From assembly GCA_038496445.1 (NCBI GenBank), contig JALMLS010000385.1:294813-358812 (forward strand): a DNA stretch of 64,000 bases, in the 5' to 3' direction. This DNA comes from Trichosphaerium sp. ATCC 40318 (lineage: Eukaryota; Protista; Tubulinea). This document shows positions 35,235-48,605 of this stretch, piece by piece (position 1 is the first letter of the stretch; each line of letters opens with the position of its first letter). Both the position numbers and the translations under genes were made by a program. The notes under the pieces are model-generated. The model worked only from the letters and a program-made list of their open reading frames with translations, was not told where the DNA came from and made no database searches.

Positions 35235-35861
35235 ATGCGCGTTACTGTGTCTCTGCTAGCTCTAATATGCCTGTTATCTTGCGTGTATGCGTCGACAACC
35301 AAGGAGAAAGTAATAGAGATGAAAGAGGGCTTGAACAAGTTTCTGAAGGACACTTTTTATACAGAATGGACTCCTGCTGATGGCCTTAAAAAGCTATGCA
35401 AGAGGGTAGAAGACTACAAAGCATTTGCGGAATTATGCAAAGGACTTGGTACGGACGGCGAAAGAGAGTCTGTCAAGTCATTCGTTGGTACAATGAAGAG
35501 AAAACTAGCTCGCGTAGTGCGAGTAATAATGCCTAAGGAATTACGCGATGGATTTGATCAAGTACGCCGCGAATACGCTCCTAAGCCTGTAAGAGAGGTC
35601 AGAAGTGCGTTTGATCAAGCAAAAGCCAAAACCACGAACCTATTCACACGAGTGCGCTCCAGATGGAACAAGAACAAAAACAAGGATCAAATTGAACGTA
35701 GAACGAGAGAAGCGCTCATCCTCGTTGTACCACTTGCAATTGTAGCTACAGCATGTTGGATAGTTGCATACACTGCTTTCTTCTTGAAAATCGCATTTGT
35801 AGCACTTTTTGGACGCTTAGTGTACAGTGTAGTCGACATTGCTCGACTCTCTACACAATGA
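35235..35861 (+). CDS. Hypothetical protein with signal peptide and C-terminal hydrophobic segment
   Basis: Intronless ORF starting MRVTVSLLALICLLSCVYAS; AATAAA near 35944. Confidence 0.75.
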   Translation: MRVTVSLLALICLLSCVYASTTKEKVIEMKEGLNKFLKDTFYTEWTPADGLKKLCKRVEDYKAFAELCKGLGTDGERESVKSFVGTMKRKLARVVRVIMPKELRDGFDQVRREYAPKPVREVRSAFDQAKAKTTNLFTRVRSRWNKNKNKDQIERRTREALILVVPLAIVATACWIVAYTAFFLKIAFVALFGRLVYSVVDIARLSTQ

Positions 35862-36854
35862 GTAGTTGAAGGAAAAATACCTTCGAACAGCCAGTGTACG
35901 AATGATTCTAGTACACCTATCTATGTAACCCATGCAGAATGTAATAAAACTATGTCCTGACTAAAATGTACGCGCCCTCATCTTCCGTTTTACTCAAAAA
36001 ATTTCCTTTTTCGTTGTACTTTTTACGAGTTAGCTTCAACGAGGTATGAAGGCACAAGCGGTTGAACAATTGCTGGGCTTTGGTAACGGTTTTACTTCAA
36101 TTCAGTGATTTGTTCCTCACGAGAAATCTCGTGTTGTAACAAGGTACTGTTTGCAAACACCACGATGTGCAACGCCAAAATAGTTCAAAATACCGCCAAG
36201 TGAATGTTACTAAGAAATGTATTCTTGGTTCGTTACAATTTTAACCCGACACGGTAAACCAAATTCTACCAAAACAAAATCGATAACGGATCATTTGATA
36301 CGCCTACATACTCACTTGTGGTCCATTTAAGAGATGTCACACCAAGTTGCTCTTGAAATTTTGCTTTTTTTACATTTTTTTGAGAAAGTTGTGTTAAACA
36401 CAACACATTTGTGTTTTTTGTGTAGAACGAATCTCTTTTTGCAACGGAAGATTAATGTCGCGAATTCACAACTTGAATTTTCGGGAGCAAAAGGCAAGTA
36501 AAATTTCTAAAATGACCGAATTCATTCAAATCAAGTACTTAACCTCACTATCAACCACTCCTCCGTAAACAAAGAAATAACAGAGTAAAGATAACGTATA
36601 CACTATGGAACGTAAGTACAGCAACCAACAAACAACATAATCAAGAAAAACCACTGTTTCTTCCTTCTTTTGTCTTTGTATGCACTACTACGCTTATATA
36701 AGCTTCAATTGGAGTGATTGAACTTTTCTAAGTGGAGCTGGAAAATTCAGTTTACATTTTGTGAATGAAGATTCAGGAATTAACAATCCTTACTCTGAAC
36801 GCTCTTTTAATACCTCCATTGCTTCATAGACAACAAAACTAATGTTATTCTTTA

Positions 36855-37137
36855 GGACAAACTATAATAAAGCGCTTATCGTACATATTCAATAATACCA
36901 AGAAAGACAAGCGTGCAGGCACTTGGCGTTCATCAGCAAAGCTCACAACAAGTCGGGCTAGAGAAACAAGAAACCAACAGTCACAAATCGCTCATCAGAG
37001 ACCATCATTGCGATTCTCGCTAACGTTGGTCAATTACGACGAAGACCCAGATTATTACGAACCACCAGAGAGTTTGCAATTGTTAGATGATATAATGGCA
37101 CCTAGACAATACACAATGCAAGCAGGAGGACGATAGA
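36855..37137 (+). CDS. Possible last exon of a small unidentified gene
   Basis: TTTAG acceptor followed by about 90 open codons to TAG; upstream exons not resolved. Confidence 0.3.
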
Positions 37138-37548
37138 TCTAATATTGACCTTTTGGCCATTCACTTTCTATATGTTGTTGGCCAACAAACGTTGTAATTA
37201 TTTGTAAACTACATGCTAAATACTGTAAATAACTGTATAAATAACTTGAGAATCACCCTAGAATTGTATTTTACTATCGTATAACGGAGAAATTAAAACA
37301 ACTCCAAAAATCCAAAAAAGTACTTGTCAACTTTCCTCAATTAGTTGACCCAATCCGAAACAGTTGTTCCATTTGTACTTATATATCTTAGACGAGTTTC
37401 TATGTTATTTTTTAATGATAGTATTTTACAAGGATTAGTACATAATATACAAGTTTTAGAGTGGCTAATGATGAAGCACACACGTGTGTGGAGAGTTGAA
37501 AAAAAAAAACCAATAAATACAGTTCTCGGATTTTGTGCTTTCTTCTTC

Positions 37549-39357
37549 TTAGTTACTCAGTGATAATTGCACACAACGACGAAAAGTCTCTGGGCTCATA
37601 TTATGACCCTCGTCAGAGTTGAATTCTGCAATTTCAGGTGTAATATCAAGAGTAAATTTCTGAATGTCTGTGTCTTGCTTAACAGCTATTTTAGCTTCCT
37701 CTGGTATTTCGCATTGTTTCTCTTTACCCTGTGTATCCTGAGGTGTATCCGAAGTATCAAGCGCCGATAAAATACTAGAAGTAGCCTCGGAGGCATTTTT
37801 CGTCGATTGACCGACCTCTAGTTGTGTTCTAAGTGATAATATTAGCGCTGTACTAGTTTTAGTTTGTTTTGTTCCTTGCATACATTGAAAGTGTCATATT
37901 TTCATCAAAGCAGGCTATAGCGCCTTTGTTATTGTATCTGTTACAATAATTTGAAGCTGTGAAGATTGTGAGGACACGGTCATCATGAGTCCAATGAAAT
38001 CCCTCTTTAGCGAGTTCGTGTGCACGTATTACAAAGTCCAAGTTGTTATTCTCACAGAATTGCTTTGTTACGTTTGCTACAACAGTTTTTAGTAAAATGC
38101 TGCTAGTGTATACAATCTTACCTCCCCAAAGATGCCCTGTGCCCCTAGGAGAATCTTCATAGTCCTCAGAAGCCTCTTCAGAAGAAGGATCGGACCACAC
38201 TAAGTCTAAACATAAGTAAGTCTCAGAGTCCAAGTCACTTTTTTTTTGAATTTTCATACCTGTTATCACTCCCTTTTTTGGAATCTCGTGTTGTCTTTCA
38301 ATGTTATTTATTGCCTCTAGATTACCAAGATGTTGTGATAAACCACCATGCACAGCGAATACCTTCATAGAAGTTAGTTAAAAATACATTTTCACTTTTT
38401 TCTATTTTTCTCAAATTCTCCCAATGTCCCCAAAAAAAAATAAAATGTGTTGCTTTGGTGTCGTACCTTATTGTCAATAACGGCTGCAAGTGGTAGAGCG
38501 TCGAATACTCTCGAACATCTTTCGTGTACTCTAAACCTCACTTTTTTACCGTATTTTGCCGTTATTTCGCGCATGAAACCATACCTAGCATAAAGTGAGC
38601 CAATAGAAAGACTTATGAGCCCCAAAAGAATTCCAAAAAAAACGAAAACGTTAAATTGTCGGCTACACGCCCAAAAGCTTATAAGCAGCGTTTAAACAAA
38701 GCAAGCTAGCCTATGAAGGATTATCGTACATTGTAGATGTGTCACGACTTTCATGGTTACCGCGTATAATGTAGAAAGATTGAGGGAACATCAACTTTAG
38801 CAATAGCAGTAGTTGTAGGCATTCTAGACTTTTTGGACCCCTAAGTCCGAATTTAGAAGTCGACTCTAAAAAACTACCAAATCTTATCGTACCTATCCAC
38901 AATGTCGCCTAAAAACAAGAATTTCCTCTCTGGTGATATACTACATAGACGGAAAACTTCTAGACGGAAGATAAGAAACTTTAAAGTTTTTGAAAAGGTG
39001 TTCCGACAGAAAATACCGTGAGAGGGCAAAAACAAGCCAAAACGCACCTAACAGGTCATTGAAGTTGCCATGAATGTCACCAACAACACATAAGGGAGGA
39101 GTTAGGGATAGTAGTGATGGTTCTTTGGAGAACGCAGCAGCAGCCTTTATAGAGTAAGTAATGACACAAGTGATCTTTTGTTGTAAATTCATCGCGTGTT
39201 TATGGCCATCCCCGGCAAATCTTTAAAAGAAACAACTCCAAGTAACAAAACGTACCTTTCCACATAATTTTTTGAGTTCCAAGGGCGTTAGTAATGTCCC
39301 GTTTACAATTTGTGTTGCCCACCTTGCGTAGGTCTTAAACCTTCGCCCTGAAGACAT
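37549..39357 (-). CDS. PPP-family Ser/Thr protein phosphatase with C-terminal extension
   Basis: GDIHG, GDIVDRG, RGNHE, VHGG, DLVWSDP, RAHE, TIFTASNYC. The 3' end may extend to about 37340. Confidence 0.92.
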
Positions 39358-40317
39358 ATAGAGTAGTTTTACAAAGTAGAGCAATTCAGACGTGCTTTGC
39401 AAGTCAAGCAGAAGTGAAAAAATGTCAGATTTCTGATTAAAGAAGGAAACGTTGCGTCAACATATTCGCTATCACGCTGAATATACTCATACATAATACG
39501 TTTAATAGTAATACGTACTGCGCTCTAATTAACTTCTCACAAATCACTTTTTGTTCTAAAAAAACTCCACAACGTGCGCAAATGAGATTATGCGCTCCTA
39601 TACCACAACATCTTAAACAAAATGATGTAAATACTGCGGGTTAGCTGTACATACAGTCGGTTTTTTTTTTTGAGTTTTCACATCAAGTAATAAAGCCGTG
39701 TCAGGCATCGGAGATTTTTTGCACATAATTCAGAAGTTCCAAACTCAGAGAACGTACAATTTATTATCGCAGGCGATGATCATCGGAGTAAATCAAAAAA
39801 AACGTGCCAAAGCCGAAAAACCGAGAGTTCTTTTTTGTATTTAATGGGCGATCGTCTTCTCTTTTGAACAGCCATTAAAGGTAATACTTTCCACCGTCAG
39901 ATTTATAGCGTTGAAAAGGTACAGGCCTAGCGCAGTATCCTAGCAAATATTTTAGTTAACTAGTACGTAATGAGGGTGCTAGCACAACTGCACGTACGTT
40001 CATACGTGCTTTTATCGAATGACGATGTACTATTGTCGTTATAGCGTGATATATTCCTCGTTGTATCATTTACATAAATGCCTTCAGGTTCGTTGTTACA
40101 AGCGCGCGTGGATTCTTCGTACGCTCCATAAAACGGTACACAATAAACTGACGGCTTGTGTCCTAATCAATAAGTTAAAAAAAAGGTCTGTGCGTGTAGG
40201 CCATGCGCATAAAAGAGCATAAAAATTGTTACAATTTTTTTTTACCATAATTTTCGTAGCCTATTGCGTTCTCCAAGCACAAGTTCGAGCGATCCACAAG
40301 CGTATGTACACGCGCTG

Positions 40318-41623
40318 TCAACTCGGTGTTTATTTCTAGCTGTCTTCGCAACTTGACAGACTTTCCAACACGACTCTTCACATCGTGAATAATATTTTGT
40401 ATTCTATCGAGTATTTGTGGTGTCCTTGAATAACTGCGTTAATAAGAAGGTTCTATTGCGCTCAAGAATACAAAGAAGTTCGTTTTATGATGTTATTTAA
40501 ATAAAAATAAATCTAATGTTACCATAGTGGTTCTTCAGCGACTGCTTTGATTATAGCCTTGACATCATTATTGTTCAGTCTTTCTTGTATTTTTTTGATT
40601 TCTGAATGGTTATTTAACACACGTGAGATGTAACGCGATCACATCTTTTTTTTTTTTTTGCAACGTACCATAAGCGTCTGGAAATTTCACCTCTACTTCC
40701 TTAATACGGCTCACTCCTTTAACAATGCAGTGTTGTTTTATGGTTGGTTTTATTTTCCTTTGTGCTACGCTAGTTAGCTTTTGCAAGTCACAGTGAACTA
40801 AAACGCACATGAATCCTCTTTGGTCTTTTGGATCTTTCTAGCGATATCATAGGCATCGTATTCATCGTAGCCAGGAGGTACAACTAAACAAAGATCACAA
40901 AAAAAAGATCTATGCATTCGTGAACATAAATCAAAAAAAGAAAGTAGACCTTTGTGCTTAGGGTCCTTTTGGAGAAGCTTGGAGCTTTTTCCGTGATCAA
41001 AGAGGCCACCAACATCAAGTTTAGGAGGTTTAGAGGAGTATTTTCTAGCCTGTTTCCGCTTTTTTCTTTCCTTAAGATTGTTTTCTTAGATGAAACAAAA
41101 TCGCGGCCGTACTGTTGTATCTTTGACATCTACCTTTGAGAATACTTCAAAATCTGTCTAGGAAGCAAGTACGGTTAGTTGGCGTTATTTTTTGCGCGAA
41201 ACGGCGTACTCGTGTTGAGGTTCTGCGCCGTTTCGTGCGCTTTTGGGAATCTCTACAATTCTCTTTATCACTGCTTTCACGCTGTAGCATTGAGTGTCTA
41301 AAGGTTTGCATTTAATTTAACCGCCATTTTTGACAGTGCGTACTTGCGGAATCTATTTAAAGCGTTCTCTCTGGTTTTAATGGCGTTTTGTTGGCTTGCA
41401 ATGCTCTCATTTCTGATTTCTCTCAAAACTTGATCCAAGCTCTGCGTTTAACAGTCAGAAGCAAATTTATGCTGCTTGAACGCGGTACCATTGGCTTTTT
41501 TGTTTGTTTTGCTCTTTGACGAACTGCTGATCGTTTTCTATTGCGCTTAGGTAGTGTAGGGGTATTCTCATCGCGTTTATCTTTTGATTTAGCTAGGGCG
41601 GCTTTAAATTTTTCAACTTGCAT
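40318..41623 (-). CDS. Basic multi-exon hypothetical protein
   Basis: Spliceable K/R-rich exons ending LEITPS*; no recognised domain. Confidence 0.5.
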
Positions 41624-41825
41624 TGTAGACTACTGGAATTTTATATAAAAAGCGTAACTGCTAGCAGGGTAGCGGTTTACTAATTAGTAAATCTGGTATA
41701 TTGTACCATTCTTCGCTGATCAACTTACTGACGATTCAGCTGCCTTCGTACCTACCTGTTACGCTATTTGTAGCCCGTTTTTAAGTCCTTTGACGCAAAC
41801 TGATTTTGTGTTAATTAAAATCAAA

Positions 41826-42630
41826 ATGGAGAAGACCATTTACCTTATTCGTCACGGCGAAAGTACGCACAATGTCTACGATCGCGAAAAAGGTGGTAAA
41901 GGAGGTGATCCAATGTTTTGGGACGCCCTTTTGAGCGAAAAAGGGCAAGAACAAGGTACAGCGTACTTTATTGCGCATAGCTGACTGTTTAAAGCGAAAA
42001 AACTAAAGCAGGACGTTGCCAACTTAAAGGTTGATGTAGTGATTACGTCGCCACTCCGACGCGCTATGTTAACAGCTTTGGGTGCTTTTGAGAAAATTGA
42101 AGTGCACCCTCTTTGCACTGAACGAGTGCGTGGTCTCAATGTCTCGAACGCTCACCAAATACTAGGTTGATAACGCATGCGACATTGGATCAACACCAAA
42201 AGAGTTGCAACCTCAGTTTCCTAATGTCGACTTTTCTGGTCTTCCTGACGTATGGTGGTACGTATAATACATACCAGACACATTTTATCGCTCAACCAAT
42301 AAACATAACTCCAATGAGCGTAAAGTGCAACTAAAATTATTTAAAGGTACACTGATGGAAAGAAACTAACAGCAGAGAACTATAAAAAAGAGTTTGAACA
42401 GAACAGATGGGAAGAACCAGTTGAGAATGTTGATGAAAGAATAAAAGCATTTATTAAGTACTTAAAAGAAGAGCGCAAAGAGCAACGTATTGCCGTTGTT
42501 GCACACTCATCGTACTTCCAGAGGTAGTGCTCTTATTTAGGCACGTGCTTTTGCGTATTTAATCACGTGTAGGTGGACAAAGATGCCAAGGAAATTGCAC
42601 AATTGTGAAGTCAAGGAAGTAAAAATATAA
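41826..42630 (+). CDS. Histidine phosphatase / phosphoglycerate mutase family protein
   Basis: IYLIRHGESTHN, TSPLRRAMLT, CDIG, IAVVAHS, LHNCEV. Confidence 0.92.
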
Positions 42631-42908
42631 ACTAATTGTCGATAAAAGCCTTACGCAGACGCTTTCGTCGCTATGTATTCAAAGTAAGCGTCGATGTTGT
42701 GTAACACTTTTTTTGAACCAAAAGGGGAACTTGATGGGGCACTTCTGTGAAAGTTCGTCCAAATGCCATTTCTAGCAATGCGTCTAGCGTGTGCCAAATG
42801 TTATTTTTTGTCCTGCACATCTAGATATTCTTCGGCGAAATTCGTTGAACTTTGTACAATAGAGCTCTATTTTAGCGTAAGTTTTCTTGTACGCACCTCT
42901 TTAAAGTC

Positions 42909-45040
42909 ATGCTTTCAGTACCAACACTATCTCAACTATGTGTACACACCATATGCACCAAGAACTTATACAAAATAACAGCAAATGAAAAAATCGTACC
43001 TATCATTGATAAATTGAACGTTGGACCTGCTGTACGCCTATAATATACTTTCCCGGGTCCTAACTCTCAATTTTCGCATTAGATTGCGAATCGTATTATT
43101 TATGAGTTGCGTGTCCAACGAACATTAACAAAAGAGCTTTTGGAGCTGTTCAATGACGTACCTTTATCCTCGCTCTCATGTCTGATGGAGTTTTCAAATC
43201 AAAGCCCTTTTGCTCGGAATCTATCGCCCGAGGAAGCACTAGAACGTAGCAGACAGGGAAATAGAAAGAGTCAAGGTAACAAAAAAGTGAATTGTTTTGT
43301 TTTTCCGCATTAAACGATAGGATGCCTTTGTTGTCTTTCTAACTACAAGCTTAGCAGCACAGCAAGCTCGTTTAAGCGATGAATGGCTTGACATCATTGC
43401 AGAGCATCATCCTAGCTTGTCTCATTTAGATTTGGGTAAAGGCTATGCTCTCACAGACACAGCTGTAGCCAACTTGCTCTCAAGTGCGTTAATGTCAGCT
43501 ATTTTTTTTCTTTTGTCCATCTAAGGTGTCACGTGACTTACGTTCTGTGTTAGAATTAAAAAAATTGCGCTACTTGAGTCTTCTCAAAGCGAAGCGATTA
43601 ACAGATGCTGCCTTTACGGAGTTGGGTTCTTTGAAAGAACTTAGAACGTTATCTCTTGGTACAATTTATTACTTGTCTTTTCCAACAATAGAACAAATAG
43701 CACGTGCGTATTATAGTACAAATAATGAAGTGTATGCTTACTCTTGGTTGCTACAGAGTTACCAAACCTAACAGACCTCGATATTCGGTGCACCTGTACT
43801 TCTGATAAAGCTGTAAAGCATCTTGCTGAAAGTACGCGAAAGGGAAAACAATTTCAACCTATTTATTGTTTGTTATTGGTTGCTAATGTTTTTATAACAA
43901 TAGATATTGGCAAGCAACTTCAAAGGCTCAATATATCGACAACGAGGATAACAAGTGAAGCTTTAGAACATATAGGACAACGTATGTTGTATTTATTCTG
44001 TGTCATTCTTTATCTTACACTAATGCTAGATATGACAAACCTTTTGTGCCTTGATATATCGTTTACCAGAGTAAAAAGTGCATCATTCGAACACTTGAAA
44101 AGTATGCAACTTACCTCACTTTAATAACTGAGTTAACCGATGTTCTTTTGTCAGGTTTGAAAAACTTGGTTTATCTTAATGTCAGCCACAATGCATGTTT
44201 TGATGATGAAGCAGCTCCAGTTCTCGCTTCTCTAACAAACTTGGAGTACCTTCACTTGGAAAATACATCAATATCGTTGGGTTTGAGATCAATATCAGGT
44301 ACTACATTTTACAACAAATTTACTATTTCAGTTGTATTTATCTTGGTCAACTACTCGTGTATTTCGATACCTCGACTGTTCAATTGTCTCAGTGCTTTTT
44401 AGGTCTTAAAAAGATCCGAACTCTTGATCTAGCAAGAACTGCCATTGTCCCTGAGAGTTTTACAGCTCTTGAAGGTAGCTCCATTTCTTGTCGTTATAAA
44501 AATAGTACTTATAAAAATTTTAGATAAACCAATGCTTTCTTGGTTGTCTGTTATGTACACAAAAGCTGATATAACATCCTTGGATGTAATCACAAAACTT
44601 CCTTCATTAACCACACTCAAAATAATGTACACTGCTGCAAGTTGTGATGCTGGAATCGAGAGATTAAAAGGTACACAATTCACAATTTTTTTGGTTGAAA
44701 CCTGCACCTGTTACAAGGGTTTGGGCGAACACTCTTGCTGATGTATCCATGCACATTTTATGTTAACGTATAATAACAATACGTATTAGGCATGGTTGGG
44801 CTTGAATCACTTGGCGCAGGGTCAAGAAACACCCGTCTAACAAACGATTGTTTAAAGTATTTAAAGGGTATGAAAAAGTTAAGGGAACTCAGTTTATGGG
44901 AATCTGTTATTACTAAGGACGCTCTTGATAAAGTAACATGTGATATGCCTGATCTAGCCCCACTCGATAAACGGATGGGTAATAGTAAGAATCCTTGCTG
45001 GTTGTTTAAAACAAATGAAGTTTTTTCGAAGTTTAGCTAA
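42909..45040 (+). CDS. LRR protein with N-terminal BC-box-like motif (possible cullin ligase receptor)
   Basis: MLSVPTLSQLCVHTI; many cysteine-containing LRRs across exons. Confidence 0.75.
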
Positions 45041-45258
45041 AATGCAGTGTTACCATATTTGAGCGGTCCTTATGTTAATTATATTGCCCCTAACTTCCCT
45101 GATTGGCCACAGGCATACTAGGATAAACATTGGATCGCTTACAGCGCATACGTAGGTTGTATGATCTACAAACTTCTTTGTGTTTGAGCGGTTGTACACA
45201 AAAACTGAATATAGTCGTAAATAAAACTGTTTATTGATGACAAGTGCATGCACATGTG

Positions 45259-45996
45259 CTATCTCTTCTTTCTTGTGCGTCTTGTTCTGGACCGAATTTT
45301 AGGTTTATTGGTTGTAGCTCGCGTTTTTTTTGACCTGACGGTTGTTTTCTTCACTGTAGAGCGATTCTTTCTTGATGGAGTTGATGTACCGAAAATACCA
45401 GTTTTTTTCTTTGTTGGACTACTTGTTGCAGAATGAGTTGTTGTTTTCTGCACGGTGTTTCGAGTTCTTTGTGGTCTCGCAGTTGTTTTCTTTTTTGCAG
45501 GTACACGTCTTTTTTGCGGGTACATTTGATTTCGTTCCTCCTCTTGCCTTGTGTATCCACGGGATGCTAACCTTGGGTCACGTGGTGTAAAATAAATTTC
45601 GTCAATGATATCTTGCTCCCACTCACTCAGTGTTGTCCTGTCAAAATAAGGATCATCTGCTCCCTTTTTATTGATTGGAGCATCGTACAAAACTGATCCA
45701 TCACATGTAATGCTCCAACCGCTGATACAGTAGTTACCAGTTGTCTTTATCCATCCTTCATATGAAGCTAGCTTGATTAAGTTCTTGAACTCCTCACGTC
45801 CTTTTTCCGCATGTATTTCTCCATGTGCTATAACGGATGTAGTGCTTCTTCTTCTGTAAACTATGATGCATATGTATCCAAGTATTGATTTCTTCGGGAG
45901 CTTGAATGTCTCTTTTCCGCATACGTAGGAGATGTATTTTGATGAAATATCTGTTGTAAGTAATGTGTTAAGAACACTTGTCTTCGTTCTGCCCAT
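45259..45996 (-). CDS. Hypothetical protein with K/R/T-rich tail; paralogue of 46558-47013
   Basis: Intronless 245 aa; shares YISYVCGKETFKLPKKS, YxCIIVYRR, NKKGADD, TLSxWEQDII. Confidence 0.8.
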   Translation of the reverse strand: MGRTKTSVLNTLLTTDISSKYISYVCGKETFKLPKKSILGYICIIVYRRRSTTSVIAHGEIHAEKGREEFKNLIKLASYEGWIKTTGNYCISGWSITCDGSVLYDAPINKKGADDPYFDRTTLSEWEQDIIDEIYFTPRDPRLASRGYTRQEEERNQMYPQKRRVPAKKKTTARPQRTRNTVQKTTTHSATSSPTKKKTGIFGTSTPSRKNRSTVKKTTVRSKKTRATTNKPKIRSRTRRTRKKR

Positions 45997-46557
45997 GTTT
46001 GGTTCTTTGTTTATCTTGTATTGGTGACTTGGTGCTTGGACTCGAATGTTGTTCGGTTTGTTTACAGTATGACATCACGTGAACTCTGTGACTTGTATTC
46101 TTTTATTTGTACGCCATTTAATAAAGCGTAGCGTAGAGTTTTGCGCTTACAACTATCTTTTTTCAAAACATAAATTCACACTTCGGGGAGTTTCGTGGTT
46201 TTGATAAAGGTGTCTACTTTTACGGTACGTGCTAGAAACCCAGTAAAAAAACATGAGATTAGACAGTAGCACAAACGAGTGGACTACGCCAATAGAAAAG
46301 GGTACAAGTGTCTCCCAAAATTAATAATTTTGTCAACTGGTTTTTATAGCACATGTATAAACAACGTCTACAGACAGAAGCGAGTCACGTGACCACCGTG
46401 GAATTTTTCAGCCGGTTCTCATGAATTTCATCGAGAATTCATGTGAATTGTTGAAAGGTTCACGTGATATTACGGCGTTGTGCTGAGTGAATGTCGTAAT
46501 ATCAACAGAGTATCAAGTATATAACTTCAAGCACCACAACTGAACAACAAACCAAAA

Positions 46558-47013
46558 ATGGGTAGAAAGAAGGAAAGCGTTGTGGCAGCAATTCAAACAA
46601 AAGAAATCTCATCAAACTATATTTCTTACGTATGCGGAAAAGAGACATTCAAGCTCCCTAAGAAATCAAGACGTGGATACACATGCATCATAGTTTACAG
46701 AAGAAGCAGCACAACATGTTGTATGATAGATGGACCAATACATAAGGAAGACAAACCAGAACATAATACTTTAGTTAAGTTTGCTGGATTTCAAGGATGG
46801 ATAAATAAAAGAGGGAACTATCGCATTAGTGCATGGAGCATAAAACCAGATGGCTCATTTGGCTTCAAAGAAGCCTTTAATAAAAAAGGCGCAGATGACG
46901 CTAACACGGCTAAAGACACATTAAGTAAATGGGAGCAAGACATAATAAACGAGATGTACTCAAAAGGCAATGCAAAACTGTCACGTGCAAAGAAAAAAAC
47001 TGCGAGAAGATAA
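46558..47013 (+). CDS. Hypothetical protein; paralogue of 45259-45996
   Basis: Intronless 151 aa; AATAAA follows. Confidence 0.8.
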   Translation: MGRKKESVVAAIQTKEISSNYISYVCGKETFKLPKKSRRGYTCIIVYRRSSTTCCMIDGPIHKEDKPEHNTLVKFAGFQGWINKRGNYRISAWSIKPDGSFGFKEAFNKKGADDANTAKDTLSKWEQDIINEMYSKGNAKLSRAKKKTARR

Positions 47014-47530
47014 GAATATGATGTACTCTAAAGAATAAACTAAAAGTTAATTGTAGCACATAGTGTTGTATTGTATTGAGATTATCTCATACCTACGATA
47101 AACTACTGTTTTATTGGATTTTCACTTTCAGCTTCGGGTAAGGATAACAAAATCCTTCAATTGGCCGTAACTAGTACACACTTGTCGCCAATTGTGCAAT
47201 CAACAATGTTAATTTTCAGGTAGATAGACTGCAAAGTACTCCTCAGAACCAGTTGCTACTGGTGGATATAGAGCTCAGACCAATAGCAAGAAGTTGTATT
47301 GTATGGTAGGTGATACTACAATACCGAATTTGGAAATTGTTGAAACTGAATAATAAATAATAAAACGCGAGAAAATTAGCTGTTTTCGTAAATTCTAGCT
47401 AGTTGGCGTGAAACTCCATATTACGATCTAACGACCACTCCAAGCGGGTTACTTTACAAAACCAAACAGAGCCAGTAAGTCTTAAACCAAAATCGTTATG
47501 TACATGTTTTTTTTATTCACTTTCTTTATG

Positions 47531-48127
47531 TTACAATATGTTACATTTATCCAAACTGAGCTTGTTCATTAGGTTTTTTTTCTTTGCTTTTTTTTCAAGC
47601 ACGTGCGTTTCATGTTGTTTTGAACGAATTTTTCTTATCTCTGTAACAAGTTGAAAAAAAGATTGTGATACATTTATCCTTGTCTTTGCTGACGTCTCAA
47701 AAAATGGAGCAGAGAACTGTGCTGCAAATGCCTCCCCTTCTTTGTATGATACTTGTCGCTCTTGGAACAAGTCGCACTTGTTGCCGACCACCACGAAAGG
47801 CAAGTCACCTTCTTCTCGAACTCTTTTGATTTGTTTGATGTAGACTTGTAGCTCCCTCAGAGATGAAGCGTCTGTGATATCGTATACGAGTAATACTCCT
47901 TCTGCAGTATACATATAAGTCTCTCGTAGCGCAGAATATGTTTCTTGTCCTGCTGTGTCTAGGATATCCAACATTGCGTCTTCGCCATCAACAGTTACTT
48001 GTTTTCTGTAGCCGGCTTCTATTGTCGCGTCGTATCTCCAAACAAAGTGATTGTGTATGAGCTGCATTGTTAATGCTGACTTTCCGACACCTCCATCACC
48101 AAATACTACTAGTTTATAATCCGTCAT
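47531..48127 (-). CDS. Ras-family GTPase, intronless
   Basis: MTDYKLVVFGDGGVGKS, DTAGQE, NKCD, ETSAK, CAAX CNIL. Confidence 0.95.
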   Translation of the reverse strand: MTDYKLVVFGDGGVGKSALTMQLIHNHFVWRYDATIEAGYRKQVTVDGEDAMLDILDTAGQETYSALRETYMYTAEGVLLVYDITDASSLRELQVYIKQIKRVREEGDLPFVVVGNKCDLFQERQVSYKEGEAFAAQFSAPFFETSAKTRINVSQSFFQLVTEIRKIRSKQHETHVLEKKAKKKNLMNKLSLDKCNIL

Positions 48128-48605
48128 GTGGTGTTCTTTGTTGAGATTTTGTTTTTTGCTCAGATGGCGTCGCCAAGTTTTAGTTGAAAGTGTGTTGACG
48201 ATAGCCGTTATTTTCAATTAAAGCGAACAACGAATGCTCACGAACGAGGCTGCACTTCCTTTATCATACGATCGATTACAGCCGTTTTTTGTATTTTCGT
48301 TTGTAGTAATCTCGTAAATCACGTGACCAGCTCAAAAAACACTGCTGCAGTTACTTTAGTTCTTGACCAACACAATATAAAACCAAAGTAGTTTTGAATA
48401 CTTCTCTCCCTTTTAGCGCAACTCATATGATAAACGTGTTCATGTTACGCTATACTTCAATAATATCAGTGAGGAATGTTCATAGAAATTCTAAATGAAG
48501 TAACGTCAACGTGGATCAATTTTGGTATTATTTAATTAGTTTGTTGTTTACAAGTGTGTTGTTTTGATTCCACTATTTTTCACGAAGTTCAATATTATTG
48601 CAGGG

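Noticed and set aside
39695-39790. Intergenic minus-strand ATGATCA...CTGA...CTGA
   Set aside because: Only 6-8 nt matches to 5.8S rRNA, compatible with chance.
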